The notes under the pieces: model-generated
Seen by the model: only the letters and a program-made list of their open reading frames with translations
Databases searched by the model: none
Told to the model about the DNA's origin: nothing
Part shown: positions 54,989-62,412 of the stretch, one piece after another
Layout of the letters: each line of letters begins with the position of its first letter
Position numbering within the stretch: the first letter of the stretch is position 1
From: Candidatus Adlerbacteria bacterium GW2011_GWA1_54_10
Lineage (GTDB): Bacteria; Patescibacteriota; Minisyncoccia; Phycocordibacterales; SBAW01
DNA: 64,000 nucleotides
Direction of reading: 5' to 3'
Assembly: GCA_001004665.1 (NCBI GenBank)
Contig: LCRO01000001.1
Span: 483-64,482, forward strand
Translations under genes and position numbers: made by a program

Positions 54989-55219
54989 ATGAACATGAAA
55001 TTACACGTAAAGAAAGGCGATACGGTTACAGTGATAACCGGCAACGACAAAGGCAAGAGCGGCAAAATTCTCCGTGTGTTTCCGAAGGACAATCTTGTGC
55101 TTGTCGAGGGTGTCGGCATGCGCAAGAAGCATGCAAAGCCGCGACGTGCTGGACAGCGGGGGCAGATTGTAGAAGTACATCATCCCATACAAGCGTCCAA
55201 CGTTAAGGCAAAAAAATAA
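54989..55219 (+). CDS. rplX: 50S ribosomal protein L24 (short form)
   Basis: KKGDTVTVITGNDKGK KOW motif and SNV. Confidence 0.95.
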   Translation: MNMKLHVKKGDTVTVITGNDKGKSGKILRVFPKDNLVLVEGVGMRKKHAKPRRAGQRGQIVEVHHPIQASNVKAKK

Positions 55220-55222
55220 AAA

Positions 55223-55774
55223 ATGGAACTGATACAGCAAAAGCAAAAAAAGGCATTCGAAGCGCTCAAGAAGGGGTTTGAGTGGAAAAATGCCATGCAA
55301 ACGCCACGCATAGAAAGGGTAGTGGTTTCCGCGGGCATCGGCAAGTTTATGAAGGATAAGAAAAAAACGGAACTCATCGCCGACCGTCTGGCAAAGATAA
55401 CTGGACAAAAGGCGGTGCCTCGGGGCGCCAAAAAGTCCATAGCGAGCTATAAGACCCGCACCGGCGACACGGTAGGCTATCAGATAACTCTGCGCGGCAA
55501 AAGGATGCAGGACTTTCTTAACAGGCTTATCCATATAGCCTTGCCGCGCACCAAGGATTTCAAGGGCTTGCGATCCGCCGGCATAGACGAGATGGGCAAT
55601 TACACGCTCGGCATGCGCGAGCATGCCGTCTTCCCCGAGACCTCCGACGAGGAGCTGAAGGACGTCTTCGGCATCGGCGTAACGGTCGTAACTTCCGCCA
55701 AGGACAAAAAAATCGCCAAGGCCTACCTCCAACACCTCGGCTTCCCGTTCAAGAAGGACGTTTCGCAAAAATAA
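55223..55774 (+). CDS. rplE: 50S ribosomal protein L5
   Basis: ITGQK, TLRG, LPRTKDFKG and GFPF motifs. Confidence 0.97.
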   Translation: MELIQQKQKKAFEALKKGFEWKNAMQTPRIERVVVSAGIGKFMKDKKKTELIADRLAKITGQKAVPRGAKKSIASYKTRTGDTVGYQITLRGKRMQDFLNRLIHIALPRTKDFKGLRSAGIDEMGNYTLGMREHAVFPETSDEELKDVFGIGVTVVTSAKDKKIAKAYLQHLGFPFKKDVSQK

Positions 55775-55984
55775 CGTTATATATTGGCCTACAAGGATAT
55801 TTCCTTGGTCGGTCTCAAAACTTCATAATTGTTCCTGAGACGTTAAGTCTTGCCTATCGAGACGTAACCACTGGGGTACCATCGGAGGAAACTAATTCCA
55901 TATTTTGGGCTCACTCTCTGTTGATAGGCAGATGCCTTTCCTTAATTCGTGGTGGTACAATTTAGGTGTAGATTTCATACAACT

Positions 55985-57901
55985 ATGCCTCCCCAACAAC
56001 CCAACCCTGTCCCTACTACTCCGGCTAGTCCACCTCAGTCTTTCACACCGTCCACTCCTCCCAAACATCATCATTCGTATTGGTTATTAATTGCCGCTGG
56101 TGTAGCAATTGCTATTTTGACGTATCTTGGAATAAGCCAAGTTACTTCCGCCCCGGTGTCTATCTTTGCTCTGTTTACTAATCCAGAAATGGGTGGATAT
56201 GCACTATTCCTGCTTCCTGCTGTAGTGGTTAGTCTTATATTGATTTTAATTAGCTGGCGATGGGGACGGAATATATACAGAAAGGAAAATAGACCGGTGC
56301 AGGGATTTTTCTTCGGCACGTCGCTGTATCTACTCCTCGTCTTTTTAGCGCTTGGAATTACAAATGTACTACTTGTTGGTTACGCACATACAGTGGCGGA
56401 TGATGTTTCCTTTGCAGTAGGATTGATATTCTCTATCTTTTTTATTACTTCCATACAGATTTTATACGTCGGTCTGCTTATCTGCATGGGGCTTCTTATT
56501 TACTCAACCCGCTCATCTCCAGAAGAACCATCTCAGGCACCTTCTCCATTAGCCATACAGTTTCGTTATGCGGTTATGGGGGTCATGATTATTTTTGCGC
56601 TCTATATATTTGGGCTTGCCGCACCGATTGCCACTGCTACCCACCAGCAATGGCTTTGTAATTTGGTATACAGCAGTCGAGCAAAAGCAGACTGTCTTCT
56701 TAACACTTCTGCTATCGCGGCCTCTGAGAATGCCGCTCAAAATTCGGGTAACTCAGGGACTTTTACTATTGTTAAGACTGACTACAAACAAATTAAAGAC
56801 CTCCACGAGGTAGGAGGAAAGTTGGCCTACGCATTTGAAAATAATGATGGCACTTCGGGGGTGGCATATGATGGCCAGGTGGTGAGTGGTGCTTATCAAA
56901 AAGTGGGTATTCTGCCGATTGCAGAGGTTGGAGGAAAACTCGCGTATGAGGCATACAAAGGCGATAAAGAAATTATCGTTTGGGACGGACAGGAGTTTGG
57001 GACATCTTATAACCGGGCAAGCCAACCAACTGATATAGGCGGCAAGCTCGCTTTTGTAGCGGAAATAGGAAAAAAATATTTTGTGGTGTACGACGGAAAA
57101 GAATATGGTAGAGAGGCCGACGGGGCGGGGAGACCCACGTCAATACAGGGGAAGCTTGCCTACGCTGCCGATACGAATATTAATGGCGGGCAATATGTAG
57201 TATTTGACGGAAAACAAGTGGGTGGCCGCTATGGCAGAGTCGAGTGGATAAAAGATGAGGATGGTCACTTGGTGTTTGAAGGGGTAAATGGAAATGGAAC
57301 CTTGCTCGTGGTCGACGGAAAAGAGTATGGCTTTGGATATGGGCAAATACAAAACCATGTTTTGATTGATGGGAAACTCGCCTTTTCTGCCCAAAAGGAT
57401 GGCAAGACAGTCATTGTCTATGAGGGCACAGAAATCGGCACAGGCTCCTCATATGAGGCTGGACCCTATAACATCAAAGGCCAACTTGCGTATATTGCTG
57501 CAAATCCCGACGGAACCTCCCAGCTTATGGTAGGAGGACAAGCGGTTGGGCCGGTTATGTCAGGAAGTGTCCGCAATGTGGATGTTTCAAAGGGCGGGAG
57601 AGTGGTTGTACAGATTGATGACGGTAGCAAGCAATGCAGAGGCGTAGTGCACGGTCCAATATATCTTGATGGGGAAAAAGTATATGAAGGCTGTAGCAGC
57701 AACCCATTCGGCTTTTTTGGAGAGAAATTATTGTTCTGGACACAAGAGGGCGGAGATAAGGCGTTGTGGTACGACGGTAAAAAAATTGGCCAAGGATTTT
57801 ACGGATATAACTACTTCGCAGTGGTGGATGGGAAGTTGGCTATCGCCGCCTTTGCTTCGGCAGGGCAAGGCGTTCAGTACTCCTTGCTTCTTGAACAGTA
57901 G
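55985..57901 (+). CDS. Multi-TM membrane protein with C-terminal repeat (probable beta-propeller) domain
   Basis: Pro-rich N terminus, about 5 TMs, then about 10 repeats of ~38 aa with a (V/I)xGKLA(Y/F)...DG motif. Confidence 0.8.
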   Translation: MPPQQPNPVPTTPASPPQSFTPSTPPKHHHSYWLLIAAGVAIAILTYLGISQVTSAPVSIFALFTNPEMGGYALFLLPAVVVSLILILISWRWGRNIYRKENRPVQGFFFGTSLYLLLVFLALGITNVLLVGYAHTVADDVSFAVGLIFSIFFITSIQILYVGLLICMGLLIYSTRSSPEEPSQAPSPLAIQFRYAVMGVMIIFALYIFGLAAPIATATHQQWLCNLVYSSRAKADCLLNTSAIAASENAAQNSGNSGTFTIVKTDYKQIKDLHEVGGKLAYAFENNDGTSGVAYDGQVVSGAYQKVGILPIAEVGGKLAYEAYKGDKEIIVWDGQEFGTSYNRASQPTDIGGKLAFVAEIGKKYFVVYDGKEYGREADGAGRPTSIQGKLAYAADTNINGGQYVVFDGKQVGGRYGRVEWIKDEDGHLVFEGVNGNGTLLVVDGKEYGFGYGQIQNHVLIDGKLAFSAQKDGKTVIVYEGTEIGTGSSYEAGPYNIKGQLAYIAANPDGTSQLMVGGQAVGPVMSGSVRNVDVSKGGRVVVQIDDGSKQCRGVVHGPIYLDGEKVYEGCSSNPFGFFGEKLLFWTQEGGDKALWYDGKKIGQGFYGYNYFAVVDGKLAIAAFASAGQGVQYSLLLEQ

Positions 57902-58043
57902 ATTATCCCCTAGGACGATTCCCTAGGCGTCTACAATCGTCTCAGAACGTTGGGAAGGGGTCAGTGTATGGTTTCCATTATCCCTGCATAGTTTTACTTC
58001 TAGGAGAGGAGGTATTACCATATCGGTACAACTGAATAAAAAG

Positions 58044-58210
58044 GGCCTAACCCCAATAGCTTAACTGTTGGGCAAGGCCGAAAATCATGAGGCATAGAAA
58101 ACCCGTCATTCAGGGCATGCCTCATGTTATAGGGGGAAACTCCTATAAGGCCGCAAGGCCTCCTGGTGGCGGGCTTTGTGTTTTCTCACCCACCAGAATT
58201 ACTGGAGTAA
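58044..58210 (+). ncRNA. Candidate structured RNA / leader with six tandem hairpins
   Basis: Contiguous stems including GAAA and GCAA tetraloops; the last stem covers GGAG upstream of ATG 58220. Confidence 0.5.
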
Positions 58211-58219
58211 GAAACAAAA

Positions 58220-58822
58220 ATGGATGCGGTAAAAAAGTGGGTATTAGTTCCGGTTGCATATCTGGTCGGATTCTTAGTTTTATTAATCCTATTGGCCGTG
58301 CTTGGGGTATGGTTGGGTTTTCTTTGGGGACTACTTATAGTAAGTGCGGCTACCCTTGCTTGCGGAGTTTTTTTAATACCGAAGTTGCACCCAAATAAAG
58401 AGAGGAAGAACCTGATGGGCGGAGTGCTGACGCTGCTAGTGTCTATATGGGCAATAGTTGGTGTTGCAAACCTGGGAGCATGGATTATGACTCCTTCGGC
58501 TTCTACATCTGTAGTCCAATCACAGGAAGTTACTCCAGAAGCGAAAGCTGCCGCACAGGAGCAATTAAATAGAGTAATGTCTCTTGCTAAAAAAGCTAGA
58601 CTCATTACCACATATGAGTTTTCAGATAGTGCAGCAGTAGTTTATGCCGACACGGCTTGGTACATACAAACAGTGCAGTTCAAGAAAGATTTTCTTGCAA
58701 AAATAGGTACTCTCAAAAAACAAATCACAGGCTATCAGCATTTCGAGGTACGCGACGCCTACTCCAACGAGAAAGTTGCGGAGATTACATCTTTCGGTGG
58801 TTCGCTTGAAGTTTACAAATAG
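58220..58822 (+). CDS. Hypothetical membrane protein (3 TM + soluble domain)
   Basis: 200 aa ORF with a hydrophobic N-terminal half. Confidence 0.75.
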   Translation: MDAVKKWVLVPVAYLVGFLVLLILLAVLGVWLGFLWGLLIVSAATLACGVFLIPKLHPNKERKNLMGGVLTLLVSIWAIVGVANLGAWIMTPSASTSVVQSQEVTPEAKAAAQEQLNRVMSLAKKARLITTYEFSDSAAVVYADTAWYIQTVQFKKDFLAKIGTLKKQITGYQHFEVRDAYSNEKVAEITSFGGSLEVYK

Positions 58823-59243
58823 TATTCTTTACCCTGACTTACAGAATGTCTCTCTAGACGTCTAGAGACGTCTCAGAACGTTGGAAAGTAAGGGGTTTAT
58901 AGGTTTTATTGGCTGTGGATTACTCCATCGCTAGGACATAGGAACAGGACGGTCGTAAATACCCTCTAAAAAGACTTTGATTGAAGCCATTTTTATATGG
59001 TCATTTTTGACGTATTTCCATGTATATCTGTCCCTAGTTGGAAGTACATGAATGAAAACACCAGATAACTTTTTACAAACAGGTTTGACGAAAGCTAGAG
59101 TGTCAAAGTGTCCTCGCAGAAAGCAGAAATTAAAAATGAATCCCTGGTCGAGCTTGAATCTGAAAGAGCGTGGGAGCAACTTTTCTGCCTTTTACTTGGC
59201 ACGGATAAAACCGAAAAAACAAAGCCATTAAAAAGTAGTCTGA

Positions 59244-59441
59244 ATGACGATGTCAAACTTACACAAAATTGATCCTTGCCCCGGTTGCTGGAACCGACCC
59301 CATGATGACCTAGCTCTAAATTCAGTCTCCAGGTACGGACACGGTTATATATGCGGCGACTGCGGTCAAAAAGAGGCTATTGAGGGTGACTTCATTAGCA
59401 AACAAAATGAGTTCGTCAGAAACTTACTAGCTGGTAGATAA
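59244..59441 (+). CDS. Small Cys4 zinc-ribbon protein
   Basis: CPGC...SRYGHGYICGDCG. Confidence 0.65.
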   Translation: MTMSNLHKIDPCPGCWNRPHDDLALNSVSRYGHGYICGDCGQKEAIEGDFISKQNEFVRNLLAGR

Positions 59442-59447
59442 AATCCT

Positions 59448-59705
59448 ATGCCAAAAATTACACCTACCGCTGTCCTAGAATTCCTTAAAGAAAATCCTGA
59501 CTTCTGGCGACAAAATCGCAACCGCTGTGCCGGATGTGATAGGTTGCTTGCAAAAGACAGAGTGAAGTGGATGTTGCGTAGTAGATATGGTCACGGTGAA
59601 CTCTGTGGCGCTTGCCGTTACAGAGATGCCCATTATGACTTCATCGGCATACGACGCAGTAAACCCGCTGGCGATAACGTCAATCCTTATGATGAAAAAG
59701 GATAG
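59448..59705 (+). CDS. Small Cys4 zinc-ribbon protein, paralogue of the upstream ORF
   Basis: CAGC...SRYGHGELCGAC. Confidence 0.65.
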   Translation: MPKITPTAVLEFLKENPDFWRQNRNRCAGCDRLLAKDRVKWMLRSRYGHGELCGACRYRDAHYDFIGIRRSKPAGDNVNPYDEKG

Positions 59706-60114
59706 GGCGTCGGGACGCAGATTCCCTGGCTTTCCCCATGAATGGGACGAAGAGTACGGGTTTACTCAATACCCCAATATGCTTACCGAATTTTGGGCCG
59801 ACTTGTCAGGGTCGGGCCAAAAAGTTCTGGACTTTATCATTCGGCAAACAATAGGCTGGGAAAAAGATGAGGACACAATAGCGCTGTCACAGTTCAGGAA
59901 TGGAATCCGGGGTAAGTGGAACAACCGGGGGACAGGGTTGTCGGGCTCCCAGGTCCGCAGAGCAATCAAGGAGCTTGAAAACGGTGGCTACATCACTGTT
60001 GAACGGAATCAGAATCGACCCTCCACATTTCGTCTGGTGTTTGACGATGAGTTAAAGGAGGGGGAGATAGAGGAGACAAAAGGGGAGGGGGAAGAAGAGC
60101 AACGACTCTTTTGA
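59689..60114 (+). CDS. Phage replication initiator O-like winged-helix protein (N-terminal domain only)
   Basis: FTQYPN...LSGSGQKVLDFIIRQTIGWEK..D.IALSQF...TGLS..QVRRAIKELENGGYI. Confidence 0.75.
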   Translation: MMKKDRASGRRFPGFPHEWDEEYGFTQYPNMLTEFWADLSGSGQKVLDFIIRQTIGWEKDEDTIALSQFRNGIRGKWNNRGTGLSGSQVRRAIKELENGGYITVERNQNRPSTFRLVFDDELKEGEIEETKGEGEEEQRLF

Positions 60115-60441
60115 GTCAACTGTGTTCATTAAGGCCACAAACGTATTCATCTTGGCACTAGGGCTAAACAATATGAACGGCCATTTGTAGTCAAAATGGT
60201 ACCCACAATATATAAACAATAAATAATAATCAGAATATAATATACAGTTTTCCATTTTTCCAAAAATGGATAGCTAGTCCTTCTGAAAGGATTTCTGGAA
60301 GAGGAAAAAAGGGGAAATGAACGACTTTTTTCCGACTCCAGAAATCAGAAAAAGAAACTATTCCGGCCTATCCAAAATGACCATAGCCTTACCAACTATT
60401 TACAACTAACCTAAAGTATGGTAAAATATTAACAGCTAGTC

Positions 60442-60615
60442 ATGAACGACCCTGAAGCTTTACGAGATTACCTTATAGCAGACGAAATTCAGCGCATTCA
60501 AGCGCTGTCCCGAGAAGACCTTGTAAGAGAGCTGATTTCTCTGAGGTCGGAAAAGCTAGAAGGTGTCTCACTCGCAGACCTGCTGAAAGTTTGTCAGTCA
60601 AAAAATGGAACATGA
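60442..60615 (+). CDS. 57-aa helical ORF overlapping the recombinase start
   Basis: MNDPEALRDYLIADEIQRIQALSREDLVRELISLRSEKLEGVSLADLLKVCQSKNGT*, below the ORF-track length cut-off. Confidence 0.5.
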   Translation: MNDPEALRDYLIADEIQRIQALSREDLVRELISLRSEKLEGVSLADLLKVCQSKNGT

Positions 60616-62335
60616 TTCTCCACAGCCAGTAAAAAAGAAGGAACGAGGCGCCGAGTATCTGCGTGTTAGTACAGAAGAACAAAATTCCGAGGGGCACTAC
60701 GGTCTCCAAGTCCAAGAAGAGCGCGTAAAGTCCTGGTGCGAATCGCAAGGATATGTGGTCGCCGAGGGGAATATCTACAAGGACGAAATATCCGGCGGAC
60801 TGCCAGTTGAAAAACGTCCCGGCCTCAGTGCATTGTTCGAGGCAGCTAAACGTGGGGAGTTTGATGTCGTGGTGGTGTACAAAACTGACCGCTTGGCTCG
60901 CAACCTCCGCATACTGGTAAACATCATCCATGAACTAGACAGCTTAGGTGTTGCCTTCCGCTCTGTTACGGAACCGTTTGACACCACTACTTCGTTCGGT
61001 AAAGCCAGCTTCAACTTAGTAGGCACTTTTGCTGAGTTGGAAAAGGAAATGATTCGGGAGAGGACGACCAACGGCCGGATAAAGGCAGCCAAGTCGGGAA
61101 AGTGGGTGGGCTCCACTGCCCCTTTCGGGTATGTGGTCAATAAGACCAGCCGTAGGCTGGATATAAATCTGCAAGAAGCCAAGATTGTGAAGCAGATATT
61201 TAAGTGGGCGGTAGACGACAAGCTCGCCGTCCATGAAATAGAGCGCCGATTGAACGCAATGAAGGTGCCGGCGCCGTGGTCGACCAAAATCAAAACCAAG
61301 GAGACACATAACATCTGGCGACCCTTTACCGTGCGGCGCGTGTTGGCCAACGAAACGCACACGGGTACCTTCTACTACCGCAAGTATAAAAAGCCGTTCA
61401 ACGGATTGACCAGCGTCACCGACCCAACCCGCCTCCGGCCTAAAGAGGACTGGATAGAGCAACATTGCGAGCCTATTATCACCGTGGAGATGTACGAGGC
61501 CGCCAAGCGCCAACTTACACACAACCGTGAGTTTGCTAAACGCAACTGCAAGCGTGAATATCTATTCTCCAAAATCATCTGGTGTAGCCAATGCAAGCAC
61601 AAGATGTTCGGGGGATTCCAGCCTGCTAGAGAACTGGGGGCTCATGAGGGTGGCCGCTACTACCACGGCACCTACCGCAAGGACGATGCCCTAGGCAAGA
61701 CAGCACGGTGCCAGTGGTGTCCTAACTACTCCGAGGCACGCCTGGAGCCCATTTGGGATTTTCTCAGAGATATATTGAAGAATCCGAAGAACATGACCCG
61801 ACCTTTGGAGAAATACATCTATAAGGAATCTGACCCTCTGCCGGTCAAGCAACGCCTTCACGATATTGCCCAGGAGCTGGATACCATACGTAAAAGACGC
61901 GATAGGGTGGACGACCTCTACGTCAGCGAACAAATAGACAAGCAAAAGTACAAATCCTATCAAGCGGAGTTTAAGCTCGACGAGCAGAGACTAAAGGATG
62001 AGGATGTCCGCCTCCGCCAAACCTTGTTGAGCAAAAAAGAGATTACCGACCGCCAGAAGGCGGTAGCCAAGGCATACGAGCAAATCAAAGATCGCTTGGA
62101 CAAAGTGTCCTACGAAGAAAAGGCGAAAATCGTCTCCTACTTTGTAGAGCGGGTAGTCCTCCACGCCAAAGACGACCATGTGGAGGTAGCCTTCAAATTC
62201 CCACTGGATGCCGAGACCAAGGAGGGCAAGTCCTTTCCGCTGGTGCATAAAATCCCTACCATCACGGAGAAGGAACGTCGGGCCACCCTTATGCAGTCGA
62301 ACCCTGAAATGTTTACGCCGAAGGTGCTGGTGTAG
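60605..62335 (+). CDS. Large serine recombinase (integrase)
   Basis: YLRVST catalytic Ser, DRLAR, FAELEKEMIRER, PFGY, recombinase domain, CSQC/CQWC zinc ribbon and coiled coil. Confidence 0.95.
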   Translation: MEHDSPQPVKKKERGAEYLRVSTEEQNSEGHYGLQVQEERVKSWCESQGYVVAEGNIYKDEISGGLPVEKRPGLSALFEAAKRGEFDVVVVYKTDRLARNLRILVNIIHELDSLGVAFRSVTEPFDTTTSFGKASFNLVGTFAELEKEMIRERTTNGRIKAAKSGKWVGSTAPFGYVVNKTSRRLDINLQEAKIVKQIFKWAVDDKLAVHEIERRLNAMKVPAPWSTKIKTKETHNIWRPFTVRRVLANETHTGTFYYRKYKKPFNGLTSVTDPTRLRPKEDWIEQHCEPIITVEMYEAAKRQLTHNREFAKRNCKREYLFSKIIWCSQCKHKMFGGFQPARELGAHEGGRYYHGTYRKDDALGKTARCQWCPNYSEARLEPIWDFLRDILKNPKNMTRPLEKYIYKESDPLPVKQRLHDIAQELDTIRKRRDRVDDLYVSEQIDKQKYKSYQAEFKLDEQRLKDEDVRLRQTLLSKKEITDRQKAVAKAYEQIKDRLDKVSYEEKAKIVSYFVERVVLHAKDDHVEVAFKFPLDAETKEGKSFPLVHKIPTITEKERRATLMQSNPEMFTPKVLV

Positions 62336-62412
62336 CTACATAAAATGGCCTGTCAGGCCTTATCGCTTTTCCCCAGGGGAAGCACTACAATGTGGGTGCC
62401 TAAAGGCTCCTA

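Larger units (their letters stand above)
57923..58888 (+). repeat. 35-bp direct repeats (57923-57957, 58854-58888) flanking the 58220-58822 gene
   Basis: CTAGGCGTCTACAATCGTCTCAGAACGTTGGGAAG vs CTAGACGTCTAGAGACGTCTCAGAACGTTGGAAAG, 30/35 identical. Confidence 0.8.

Noticed and set aside
58075-58100. Hammerhead ribozyme (GGCCGAAA..ATGAG..GAAA)
   Set aside because: The conserved CUGANGA core is absent and the element order does not fit.
57923-58888. Island direct repeats as integron attC sites
   Set aside because: There are no RYYYAAC...GTTRRRY ends and no IntI-type integrase nearby.
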